Shown here one piece after another: positions 27,678 through 38,000 of a stretch of DNA of 64,000 nucleotides; the first letter of the stretch is position 1; the number at the start of each line of letters is the position of its first letter. The notes beneath the pieces were generated by a model. It saw only the letters and a list, made by a program, of their open reading frames with translations. It had not been told where the DNA came from and searched no databases. The stretch is from sequence record PQ066597.1; one strand, written 5' to 3'. Made by a program: the position numbers and the translations under genes.

Positions 27678-29927
27678 TTAAATACTGCAACCAGCACAAT
27701 CAGCTTCTTTGGTTACTTCAATCCCTTCTTCACTACCATCACGAGTATTATGATAGTAAAGGGATTTCATTCCATACTTATTAGCAAAGACAACATCACG
27801 AAGAATAACGTGAATAGGGAGTTTGTTGTCTTCATAATTTGATGGGATATAACTAGTGTTCGCACTAATACCTTGGTCGAAGAATTTTTGGATGACAGCA
27901 CATATAGACAGATAACCAGTCATCCCACCGCGATTAACCATTTTCCACAGAGGTTCATATTCATCAGCAAGGAATTCTACATCTGGAACAACCTGATTAA
28001 ACGAACCGTCTTTAGAAGCTTTTACGCTCACCAGAGAGCGCACCGGTTCGATACCATTAGTTGCATTTAGGAGCTGTGAACTACTCTCAGCAGGCATTTG
28101 TGCAGTTACGGTATCATTACGAAGACCATACATTCGGATTTGACCACGCAACCATTCCCAATCTTGTTTTAGATCATTTGGGGTTAGGTCATCCACATTC
28201 TTGTTATACCAATCGATGGGAAGCAAACCATCAGCCCACTTGGTCCGATCATGCCATTCACTACGACCTCGCTCTTTAGCAAGTTCCATAGACGCTTGAA
28301 GCAAGGAGAACTGCATAGCCTCAATATGCTCGTGTACCAACGAAAGCGCGGCTTTGTCGTTATATCCAACATAATTCTTTGCCAAGAAGTATGCCAAGTT
28401 TACCACACCAACACCAAGAGCACGACGTTTTTTTGCAGCAAGAGCTTGTTTTACTGGATAATCTTGATAGTCCAACAGATTATCGAGAGAACGAACGACG
28501 ATTCTTGCCAATTCGAGATAATCATCTGTCGATTCAATCATACCCAAGTTAATAGCAGAGAGGGTACATAGTGCGATTTCTTCCTGATTTGATCCCATAG
28601 CATAAGTTGGTAAGAAAATCTCTTGACAAAGATTTGACATTTTGATCTTTTCTTTGTACGGGGTCTGTTTATTCATGTTATCAACAAACAAGCAATAGAT
28701 CCGACCAGTACCAGCCCGTTCTGTCGCAAATGCAGTAAACAATTCAGATGCTTTAATACGCTTCTTGCGTATAACGTGGTTCATCTCAAGTGATGCATAA
28801 CGTTTCCTAAATTTGGTATCATCTGCATCATAGAAGTCTTCATACAACCGACCACAATCAACGTCAGGGCTGAATAGGGTGATATACCCATCATCACGCA
28901 ATCTCTCCAGAAACAGCTTGTTGATATGCACACTGTAATCAAGACCCCGGATCCGGGTTTCATCAGTACCCTTGTTATTCTTCAATACAAGCAGTTTCTC
29001 AACCTCCAAATGCCACATAGGGTAATTCAGAGTAGCAGAGCCACCACGTAGAGCACCTTGTGAACAGCTCTTAACCGCAGTATGGAAGTGCTTGTAGAAT
29101 GGGATTACGCCGGTATGGGTTGCTTCGCCGTTACGAATGGGTGAACCCTCGGCACGAATAGCACCAGCATTAATACCAATACCAGCACGTTGACTGATAT
29201 AGCTAATAATAGATGCGGACGTATCGTTAATAGATTTCAGAGAATCACCAGATTCAATTTTCACACACGAACTAAATTGGCGAGTTGGGGTGCGGGCACC
29301 ACCCAAAATAGGGGTTGGGATTGAAATCTTAAATAGAGAAGCCGCATTATAATAGTTGATTACGTGTTGAAGTCGGTTTTCTTTTTCACTCTGATGCAGA
29401 GCCATGGCAATTCCCATATAAAGGAATTGGGGAGTTTCGTACATCTCTTTAGTTACTCGATTTCGAACCAAGTACTTTTCTTTTAACTGCATTGCACCAG
29501 CATATGTGAAATTCATATCTCGGGAATGATCAATATGAAGATTGAGATATTCAATATCTGCCGGGGAATATTGTTTCAGAAGGTCTTTATCATAAAATCC
29601 AAGGTCAACCAATTTAGAAATATGGTCATACAATGAAATTGGGTCGAATTGTCCATATACATCCTTACGAAGGGTGTACATAGTTAAACGACCTGCCACA
29701 TATTGATAATCCGGTTCTTCAACGGAAATCATATTTGTTGCAGCTTTAATAACTTGCTTTTGGATATCCTTCGTGTTCATACCATCTGTAATGGATGACA
29801 TTGCAGCATCAAGAATAGCTTGTGGATCTGCTTCTGTATTCTCACACGCAAATTCTATGACTTTTAAAATCTTATCCTTGCTAAATTCTTCGGTAATACC
29901 GCTCGATTTTACAACTTTACTGATCAT
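27678..29927 (-). CDS. nrdA: class Ia RNR alpha subunit with ATP cone
   Basis: PTRQFSSC, SNLCQEI, LCTLSA, MPAESSSQ, KSLYY, C-terminal CAGC. Confidence 0.97.
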   Translation of the reverse strand: MISKVVKSSGITEEFSKDKILKVIEFACENTEADPQAILDAAMSSITDGMNTKDIQKQVIKAATNMISVEEPDYQYVAGRLTMYTLRKDVYGQFDPISLYDHISKLVDLGFYDKDLLKQYSPADIEYLNLHIDHSRDMNFTYAGAMQLKEKYLVRNRVTKEMYETPQFLYMGIAMALHQSEKENRLQHVINYYNAASLFKISIPTPILGGARTPTRQFSSCVKIESGDSLKSINDTSASIISYISQRAGIGINAGAIRAEGSPIRNGEATHTGVIPFYKHFHTAVKSCSQGALRGGSATLNYPMWHLEVEKLLVLKNNKGTDETRIRGLDYSVHINKLFLERLRDDGYITLFSPDVDCGRLYEDFYDADDTKFRKRYASLEMNHVIRKKRIKASELFTAFATERAGTGRIYCLFVDNMNKQTPYKEKIKMSNLCQEIFLPTYAMGSNQEEIALCTLSAINLGMIESTDDYLELARIVVRSLDNLLDYQDYPVKQALAAKKRRALGVGVVNLAYFLAKNYVGYNDKAALSLVHEHIEAMQFSLLQASMELAKERGRSEWHDRTKWADGLLPIDWYNKNVDDLTPNDLKQDWEWLRGQIRMYGLRNDTVTAQMPAESSSQLLNATNGIEPVRSLVSVKASKDGSFNQVVPDVEFLADEYEPLWKMVNRGGMTGYLSICAVIQKFFDQGISANTSYIPSNYEDNKLPIHVILRDVVFANKYGMKSLYYHNTRDGSEEGIEVTKEADCAGCSI

Positions 29928-29956
29928 CAATTTATCTCTTCCTTTGTTTTTCCATT

Positions 29957-29965
29957 ATTATACCA
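29957..29965 (-). promoter_or_regulatory. extended -10 promoter for nrdA
   Basis: Minus strand TGGTATAAT, 30 nt before the ATG. Confidence 0.55.
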
Positions 29966-29970
29966 TTTCC

Positions 29971-29977
29971 CTAAATA
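29971..29977 (+). promoter_or_regulatory. late promoter CTAAATA for the GIY-YIG gene
   Basis: Motif 26 nt before ATG 30003 (SD AGAGGA). Confidence 0.6.
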
Positions 29978-30002
29978 CTTTTAGATATTAGAGGAAATTG
30001 AA

Positions 30003-30905
30003 ATGGAAAAAATTAACTATGGTCACTGGGTAACTGACGAGCAGTTTGACCCAAAAACGGTTCTTGGTTTTGTGTATATGATTACTTTCTCCAATGGTAA
30101 AAAATACATTGGAGCGAAACGGGTTTGGAAAAACCTAAAACGCCCGCCATCCACATACAAGAGGCAGGGTAAAACAGAATTTATTGAATCTGATTGGCGC
30201 TCGTATAGGTCCAGTTCAAACGAAGTGGTTGAACTGGAAACCAGAGGTATAGAGATCTCAGAGATGAGGATCCTCGCCACCTATGATTCTTGGGGTAAAG
30301 TACTTCTTTTAGAATGTATGCTCCAATTCTCGCTCAATGCGTTAACCTCCGATATATACCTAAACAAGCAAATTGAAGGCATGTTTACGGGGGCATGTTT
30401 TGATAAAAAGGTATACGATGACGTTGCTCGTCTCGTTGCGATTGAGCAATATGATGAGTCTATCCCACAGGTAATTGTTTACCGTGGTGGAGACCGGAGT
30501 GTTATATGTGACAAACAATCAGCAAAAGAATACATCAAAGCTGGTTGGTCTGTCGCGTCTTTACCAGAAAAATATCATCGTAAAAGTATTCCAATGGTTC
30601 CCTATACAATCAAATGTAAGGAAACTGGAACTGAATATACCATCAGTGATTTCAAAACTCAATACGAAGTTTCAAAAAAACTTGAATGTGTTGCAGGGGA
30701 TCTTAGTCGGCTTCGCTCTGGTGAAATTCTGAACATAGGTTCATACACCATGAAGATTCAACGGGAACCCCAACGTTGGGTAAAAGACGGAGTTTCATAC
30801 TACAGTACAGCAGAGTTGAAATCCGCAAAGGTTGACAAATCCGAGTGTGAACACTTCCCAGCAGAAGACCGGGAAGCTTACCGGATTAGATTGTCTAAGG
30901 CTTAA
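30003..30905 (+). CDS. GIY-YIG family (Seg-like) endonuclease
   Basis: GFVYMITFSNGKKYIGAK...ESDWRSYRSSS...LLLEC...YLNKQI. Confidence 0.8.
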   Translation: MEKINYGHWVTDEQFDPKTVLGFVYMITFSNGKKYIGAKRVWKNLKRPPSTYKRQGKTEFIESDWRSYRSSSNEVVELETRGIEISEMRILATYDSWGKVLLLECMLQFSLNALTSDIYLNKQIEGMFTGACFDKKVYDDVARLVAIEQYDESIPQVIVYRGGDRSVICDKQSAKEYIKAGWSVASLPEKYHRKSIPMVPYTIKCKETGTEYTISDFKTQYEVSKKLECVAGDLSRLRSGEILNIGSYTMKIQREPQRWVKDGVSYYSTAELKSAKVDKSECEHFPAEDREAYRIRLSKA

Positions 30906-31021
30906 TAAAGCGATGCCAAGACAGCGAAAGCCCATTCAACATAGAGATATGATAGAGATGGGTTTTTGTCAAAGGGGAACGGGATCAGTGGGATTGTTAC
31001 TGAAAAAGTTTTACTGTTCAT
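30902..31021 (-). CDS. unannotated 39-aa ORF with hydrophobic C-terminus
   Basis: MNSKTFSVTIPLIPFPFDKNPSLSYLYVEWAFAVLASLY; SD TAAGGA and an early promoter upstream. Confidence 0.55.
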   Translation of the reverse strand: MNSKTFSVTIPLIPFPFDKNPSLSYLYVEWAFAVLASLY

Positions 31022-31054
31022 CAAAAATTATCCTTATGGTTAGTTGATTACTAG

Positions 31055-31084
31055 ATAGTACTACATCCAAAACAGAATGTAAAC
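31055..31084 (-). promoter_or_regulatory. T4-type early (sigma70) promoter
   Basis: Minus strand GTTTACA - 17 nt - TACTAT. Confidence 0.7.
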
Positions 31085-31085
31085 T

Positions 31086-31205
31086 ACAGATCTCGAACGT
31101 AGTGAGACGGCGTAGCCGCCTGTTCGCTTCGCTCACTCTTTCTAATTATAGATCTTCTATATAAATACTTATAGAGACTTTATACTTTGATTGCACTTGA
31201 AACTA
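31086..31205 (+). repeat. 120-bp structured element, copy A
   Basis: 114/120 identical to the reverse complement of 55681-55800 (manual alignment). Confidence 0.97.
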
Positions 31206-31219
31206 ATCCATAGACACGA

Positions 31220-31248
31220 AAAGCCTACCCAAAACAGGGTAGGCTTTT
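31220..31248 (-). terminator. terminator after gene 35
   Basis: AAAGCCTACCC / GGGTAGGCTTT arms with flanking T/A runs. Confidence 0.75.
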
Positions 31249-31252
31249 CATT

Positions 31253-34200
31253 TTATACCTTTTTCCAATTAACTGTCTGTAGTTTTACACCTACCAGACC
31301 AATTGGTCTTATGTCAATAACTTTATATTGACTAGATGGCTCTAACCAGTTATCTACATCAATATCTTTCGATATAACATAGTTATCAGTTCCTATATAT
31401 GCATATTTAGTTTGCAATATACCACCAATTTTTAAGGTTACTTCTAGCTGAGAATATGGTGTAACTTTTCCTTCAAACTCAATGACCATACTATGAGTTG
31501 AACCACCACTAACAATTTTAGATATCCTATTATTGTATATATAGATATCATCCTTCAACCTACCGTTCCCTGCTACATCACCCAGCACAGAATCCCATCC
31601 AACAACCCCACCACCAGTTTTAAGAAGAACAGAGCGTAGCTTCTTTCTGAATGTCAGAGTATTTTGAATAACATCGTTTTCTGGGATTATATATCCATTG
31701 TCAACTAAGTTATAAACTCGTGAGCTAGATACGGTATTTGTTGATTCTATCATATCAATTTGTTTGATGATACAGGATGAATTCCTCATACACATATCAG
31801 AAGATATCCCATCAACATGATTATATGTTGAATTGCTAATAACAGAGTTTGTTCTGATATATAGGTCTGGAAAATTGTATTGAATGTCAATATCAAATTC
31901 CTTACCAACAGTCATACCATGGTTAATGGTAATATTGCTTATATTAGAACCACGGTTTTTGACAACAAACTGTAAAGTGGTTGACGATAAAGTGATGAAT
32001 ATACCATGGGTTTTATCCGTATTATCTAGATAATAACCACTAGAGAAATTATCACCAACGAATCTCAGTCTCCATGAATCTTTTTGTGGTAACCACGCCG
32101 GTAATATATTTAGGTAATTGTTATTTGATAGGTTTGGAACCCAAGAACTCATTGTATTCCCGATCATTTGAGGTTCTTCAAATGTATTAAAGAAATACGA
32201 AGCCCCTGCTACGTTATAGCCGATAGCATCCGTTTTTGTGGAATATGCTACTAGGCTTCTGACAGTTACCACATCCCCATTTCTTGCATTTGGTACACAG
32301 ATATACAGACCCGAATCATGAGACGATTCTGTGTGGTTATGATAAATAACACCTTTAAATCTACCGTATGGTAAAGATTTTAGAATCTGACCGACACCAA
32401 CTGTTGTCCCATATACATCTTTAAGAAATAATGGTCTTGGACAATCGATATCATATTCTATTCTGTATCTTCCCTTTGCTGGCAAGTTAAGATGATATGT
32501 CATCCCACCCTCTGATACATCTTTCACAAATTTAAATCGGTTGTTGCTAACCACACTAATCGGTGAGTTTAGTTCATCCGACATTTTCCATTTAGACAGA
32601 TCAACAGTGTCATATACCAATACACCAGCATTATTCTGATCTTCTATACCCGTTGAGTAGTAGTTAAATCTAGATTCCTGTGTGTTTATATATGCTCGGG
32701 AATCATTATCCCCGACAATATTAATGTCCCATATTTGACCATTCAAACATTCAGTTTTTGAATATCTACCACCAATATTTCTGATTACCGAACCTTTTTT
32801 CAGTTCAACAACAATACTATGTGGAATATTAGGAGTAATTGCTTCACCGTTATATGGCTTTCCGTCCAATTGAACGATAGACATATATGTGGAAGAAAAA
32901 GCAAGTGCCTTCTGTCTAGATATATATAACCATCCACCTTGAAGTTCTTGAGCGTTAGAACTTCGTCCATCCAATAGATACATATTGAAATCTACGTTTC
33001 CAAAAATGAAATTGAATGTGGCATAACCAGATTTATTTATCAAATATACCGGTGGAATATCAACCATCGTACCCCCATTGAAATTGAAGGTGTATTTGTT
33101 GTTTTTAACCCATGATATAGTAGGTTTCTCACTAATTATGTCTGGGTCTGTGTAACAATCAACATCAAATTTAAGGTTAGTCATGTTACCAGCGGTTATC
33201 CAGTTTACACCGTCTTTCCTAAAGAAGAACATATGTCTAGGCTGTAAACCCTGTGTTTGTTGTCTTTCCGCAATAACCTCATATCTTTTGTTCATTTCAA
33301 TACCGGTATTCAACGTAGCACCGTTATTTTCAACTATGGTAACATAAGCCTTAGAACCGGTTTTCATTCCTGCTGGGATTAGTTGACTTCCGATACCGCA
33401 ATATAGCCAACCACCACCCGCATCAGGTGTGATATTGGAACCGGAATAATAAACACCACTAGCAGGAGAAGACCCTTTAATAAAAGGTAGTTTTTCTGAT
33501 TGTGGATATTCATAATATCTTGAATTATTTGGTAGCTCATAATCTTCATACTCCGAAGATATGATATACCCACTCATTTCAGAACCAACTCGAATTTCTT
33601 CAAACTCTCGTCTTGCTAAGTCTTCTATTGTTGTACTTCCAACTAAAACCCCGTTGACATAAAACTTCATACTTGGGCTATCAATTTCCAACTTATACAA
33701 ATATTCTTTATTACAAGAAATTATTTCATTCGTGGTTATCGTTTTTCCAGCATAAGTAACAATATGCCCCATACCAGTAGGATGAGTCTTTGTTGTCATA
33801 CCAATGAAAATAGTATCATCGGATCCAGATCCAACCCGGTTTACAGGTACGTTGGTATCTGTATAAACCATTGATATAAAATAAGAAAATTTCTTACCAA
33901 CTACCAATTTAGGGTCTTTTATATATTTTCCGTCATTATATGTGAAGTGTGGAAAACTGACATTTTCTAAATTACCATATTCAAATGCGGTAATATTTTT
34001 CTCTTTAATTCTACCTGCGATGTCCCCACTGGTTTCTATCGCGTCTTCTGTAATAAAACCCCATTGACCGAAAGAAGCAGTTCCGGATTTAACAACTACC
34101 GGTTTTTTCCTGAATACGGATACCGTGCGAACCCCAGTAGTACCAATATATTGGGATTTAACGGGCCATGACGTAGCATATACGGTTAATCTATCTATTG

Positions 34201-35032
34201 TGGTTGGAACAACAAAATCGTTATAAACAAAATCCCACTGCCCAGACGTATCAAGAGAACTGACATATCCGGAAGTCACGGAAGTATTTCCGTTATATCC
34301 AATATAATATAGTCTTATTGATTCACCAGCCGCCGCCGCTAGGTCGTCCCTATACGTCTCAAGGCTGAATCTAAGGGTTTCACCCCAGTTAACCACCATA
34401 TCAGATATAAGGGTTTTATTCATGAATGTTTTGAATTCCGCTGTTTTTGATTTTTCGTTTATATATTCCTGTTGGTCTGAGATGATATTGTTTCCATATC
34501 CTACAACACCAATATCATTGAACGTATCAAAAACAACTTCTAGAGAAACATTTATAAGCGAACTAACCCCAAATTGTTCTACCATAATCTTTTTCAGACC
34601 ACAGTCATATATTGCAGCGTATCGGGTGTTCTGTGTGTTTGTTGATGGATTCCAATGATTTGACCAACCAATACATCCAATTTTTTTGAAATAGTTGTTG
34701 ATTGATGTAGTTGTTATGTTTTCACCATGAGAGATCATTAGAATAATCCCACTACCAATGGAATTGATCCAACCTTCAAACCGATTGACGTCAGTTGAAT
34801 TCTTAAAATTAAAAACGTCTCGGATTCCAACACTGAGATCGTTGTTTATACTGATACACTCAAGACCGTCTATTTCTACTGGGTTAATTGAGTATCCGTT
34901 GATAGACGCAATTTTATTTTGAGTGTCTGTTTTTGGGGATATCTTGATCTGATTTAATCCAGAAAAGTTCTCTGATAATTTATTAGACTTGATACCGCCA
35001 TTTGAAATACTTGATATAACAAGTTCGGCCAT
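31253..35032 (-). CDS. 35: long tail fibre hinge gp35-like protein with large multi-domain C-terminal extension (about 1259 aa)
   Basis: Follows gene 34; gp35-like N-terminus; beta-rich lectin/LamG-like segments later; start moved to ATG 35032. Confidence 0.65.
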   Translation of the reverse strand: MAELVISSISNGGIKSNKLSENFSGLNQIKISPKTDTQNKIASINGYSINPVEIDGLECISINNDLSVGIRDVFNFKNSTDVNRFEGWINSIGSGIILMISHGENITTTSINNYFKKIGCIGWSNHWNPSTNTQNTRYAAIYDCGLKKIMVEQFGVSSLINVSLEVVFDTFNDIGVVGYGNNIISDQQEYINEKSKTAEFKTFMNKTLISDMVVNWGETLRFSLETYRDDLAAAAGESIRLYYIGYNGNTSVTSGYVSSLDTSGQWDFVYNDFVVPTTIDRLTVYATSWPVKSQYIGTTGVRTVSVFRKKPVVVKSGTASFGQWGFITEDAIETSGDIAGRIKEKNITAFEYGNLENVSFPHFTYNDGKYIKDPKLVVGKKFSYFISMVYTDTNVPVNRVGSGSDDTIFIGMTTKTHPTGMGHIVTYAGKTITTNEIISCNKEYLYKLEIDSPSMKFYVNGVLVGSTTIEDLARREFEEIRVGSEMSGYIISSEYEDYELPNNSRYYEYPQSEKLPFIKGSSPASGVYYSGSNITPDAGGGWLYCGIGSQLIPAGMKTGSKAYVTIVENNGATLNTGIEMNKRYEVIAERQQTQGLQPRHMFFFRKDGVNWITAGNMTNLKFDVDCYTDPDIISEKPTISWVKNNKYTFNFNGGTMVDIPPVYLINKSGYATFNFIFGNVDFNMYLLDGRSSNAQELQGGWLYISRQKALAFSSTYMSIVQLDGKPYNGEAITPNIPHSIVVELKKGSVIRNIGGRYSKTECLNGQIWDINIVGDNDSRAYINTQESRFNYYSTGIEDQNNAGVLVYDTVDLSKWKMSDELNSPISVVSNNRFKFVKDVSEGGMTYHLNLPAKGRYRIEYDIDCPRPLFLKDVYGTTVGVGQILKSLPYGRFKGVIYHNHTESSHDSGLYICVPNARNGDVVTVRSLVAYSTKTDAIGYNVAGASYFFNTFEEPQMIGNTMSSWVPNLSNNNYLNILPAWLPQKDSWRLRFVGDNFSSGYYLDNTDKTHGIFITLSSTTLQFVVKNRGSNISNITINHGMTVGKEFDIDIQYNFPDLYIRTNSVISNSTYNHVDGISSDMCMRNSSCIIKQIDMIESTNTVSSSRVYNLVDNGYIIPENDVIQNTLTFRKKLRSVLLKTGGGVVGWDSVLGDVAGNGRLKDDIYIYNNRISKIVSGGSTHSMVIEFEGKVTPYSQLEVTLKIGGILQTKYAYIGTDNYVISKDIDVDNWLEPSSQYKVIDIRPIGLVGVKLQTVNWKKV

Positions 35033-35047
35033 TATATTGCCCCTATG

Positions 35048-35071
35048 AAAAAGCCACCCCGTAGGATGGCT
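35048..35071 (-). terminator. terminator between 34 and 35
   Basis: Minus strand GCCATCC-TACG-GGGTGGC-TTTTT. Confidence 0.7.
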
Positions 35072-35079
35072 TTGTTTTA

Positions 35080-38000
35080 TTAACTGATCCAAACAAAGTC
35101 AACAGACTTGGTAGTTGGGTTTGCTCTTATTTCTAAGAATTCTCCGTTACCAACTGCTATCCTAAGTTTATTTACGGTTGTTGTTCCATTCAGGTTAGAA
35201 TCACCATTTACGGTTAGCGCTTTCACCGAATTGATGATAAGCTCGCCTGTCATGGTATCACCACCCTTAAACACACGAGAACCAGATGTAGTATTCATAT
35301 CGTCTATCACGGAATCCAGATAGTCTTTACGAATTGCATCATCAGGATCAATCGGTAATGCACTTCCTATCTTAACTTGAGCATTTACCTTTAGGTCACC
35401 ATTCGATTCAAACGATGATGTATTTGATGGCGAAGATAGACCATTAGGGCGAATTTGTAATCCACCAAGAGAACCAATATTCAAACTCTCGTTTGCGTTT
35501 ATGGTTATCCCACTCTTAGAAGTATTACCCATCCATATATTTTGGACACCGCTGTTCTTAAAATATGTAGTATTAACAAAAGTCTTGTTACCGGTAATAG
35601 TTTCTGCGAAGTTACCCGGTCCACGAACATATCTTTCTTCTGCATAAGCAAAACGAACAAGGTGGTTCCCAGACGTTGGGTTCTGTCCGCCGTTTTGAAC
35701 TTGGTTGGTGAATATTGCATTACCATCCCGTTCAACAGTAAAGATCCTATAATATCTACTGTTTTCGTCCATTGCGTTAAGGATTAATGGACCATCAATC
35801 GTGTTTACACCAAGATCTAAAAACGCATTGCTACCCTGACGTTTCCACTGGATCATGGATACATGAGATGTAGTCGATGTTTCGTTGAGATAGAAATAAG
35901 GTCTAATCTTCTCAATAGACGGATTTGCGGTAAACGTCATTTCGCCGGTTATTGTTTGTGCGATAGTACGACGAACCCAATCAGTTGAAGGTATACGGTT
36001 TCCACCAACCTCCATTGCACTGGCACTTACAGCCACAGCTTTAAGTGGTAGGAAATTAGCTAATGCTGTATTCAAACCTCTCGGGGAAACCAATACATCT
36101 CCATGTGCGTAGCCTGTTAATGCTCTTGTAGAACCAAGAATATCATTGCCTTCAAACACGGAGTTAGCAGAGTTGTTGTTTGACAATATTGCAGTAATAC
36201 CAACACCATATCTAGTATCAGTCATTCTATAACCTGCACTATTTCTAGAGCTGGTTAGAGCGGTTAACGGGGTTAGGTATTTTGTGTTGTTAGTACCGGT
36301 ATCAACCTCAGATTGAGTTGCAATTTGAGACAAACCCGTTTGGGTTGTAGTCGCTAGTCTTGCACTCAGTTTCTTTGGAGTTACGATAATTTCGTCATTT
36401 GCGGTTCCGGTCATATCGTTTACTTCATTCTGAGTTGCAATTCTAGCAGTGCCTCGTTGTGACTCAGTAGGAATAACGATATTAAAAGATTGACCTTCCC
36501 AAATATTACCAACGGTTCTAAGTCCCGATGTATCGAACACAGTCAGTCTTTCTCTAGCTAACCAGTTACCAAACGTTTTTGGAGTAACAAACCATTTGTC
36601 ATGTAATGTCCCTGCATCTACTTCCGCTTGTGTTGCGGTTTCGGACAAACCCCAACGGGTTTCTGTTGCGGTTCTACTTACAAGCCCTTTTGCGCTAACG
36701 TGTACGTTGTCACCAGCCGGTGGAGTGTTGCTAAGTACTTCTGCTGCGGTTGCAGCCCTTGACAACCCGGTTAGTGATGCTGTAGCCTGACGTCCTTCTA
36801 GGGTAGTTGCGGTTACTACTAGCGCACCGGTTGCGGTGTCAGCAGTACCTGTGTTAACCTCCCCTTGGTTGGCAATGTACACCATACCTTGTGAAAACTC
36901 AGTTGCGTTTTTCTCAAATAGAGTTTTCGGAGTGATTACCTTACTATGATCATTATAATCATAAACACCTGTACCCGGAGTTGTTCTTGTGGTAGGCTTA
37001 GTTCCATTAGCTGAGACAAGAGCCGATAAACCAGTCATGGACTCTGTGGCAACTCTACCGTTAAGGGTAGATGGTGTGACCGCAACCTGAGCCCAGTTTT
37101 CACCGGAACCGGATTGTGCGTTTGCTTGACTCTGTGTCGCTACCTTCAACAAACCACGCATTGTTGTTGTAGATAGACGGTCGTTCAACAGGAACGGGCT
37201 TATTGCCACCCCGGACCATGCTTCATCGGATAGGTTTCCACTAACTGCCTTTGATTCACTATTAGATGCATATCGGGTGATACCACGCCGGACGGTACTT
37301 GCTGTTTTGTTAGCCAATGTTTCTGCGGTAACAAAATCCTCACAATCTGGGTTTTGACCTGTCGTGATCTCTTCTTTGTTCTTGTTTACAGATGATTGAG
37401 ATGCAATGGCAGCCATACCATAAAATTCTGGTACATTTCGGTCTACTCGATACGGAATCTCAGACATAGTAACAACCGACCAAACGTCTTTACCAGAACC
37501 AAGAGCATTTGTGAAGTACACAAATTCCCACTGTTCCCCACGGTTTTGGATATCAAATGACTGAGTTTTTACGGTCTTTGATTCCATATTAGCAAGAAAA
37601 TCGCGGTATGCGCTGATCCGGGGGTTCATTAGAGTGTTACCATCGGGTACAAAGAAATCATTTGTACTGGATGCATCAATATTTAAAGTTAAAGTGGAAC
37701 CCCTTTTCATGTATCGTGTGTCTATAAAGAAGCTATCACCTCTTGCCGCATCACGAGGGAATGTAATGTTGACAGTCGACGGAGTTTCAGTATAAACTAC
37801 TAGTCGGTCGTTTGGTTGACCTAAGTATGTGGATGTTTTGACACTTTTCCAACGACTAAGGTTGTCAGCGTCGAAAACTCTCCAAGCGTTTAGACTTGAA
37901 TCAAAAACAAACATACCCCAATCTGTAGAATCAAAAACGACCGTTTTCATTGGGGTCGATCCGTATTCAACTATAATGTTGTGGCTACTACCCGGATGAA

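Noticed and set aside
5710-29927. Inteins or group I introns in gp41, nrdA, nrdB or nrdD
   Set aside because: All have normal core length and contiguous motifs; the Hint-like sequence is a separate ORF.
31086-31205. Repeat as a CRISPR array, tRNA or IS/transposon end
   Set aside because: Only two copies, no spacers, no cloverleaf, and no transposase, recombinase or target-site duplication was seen.
36000-37400. Repeated units in gene 34 as a DNA repeat or diversity-generating element
   Set aside because: They are degenerate protein-level repeats normal for gp34; no identical nucleotide repeats or reverse transcriptase.
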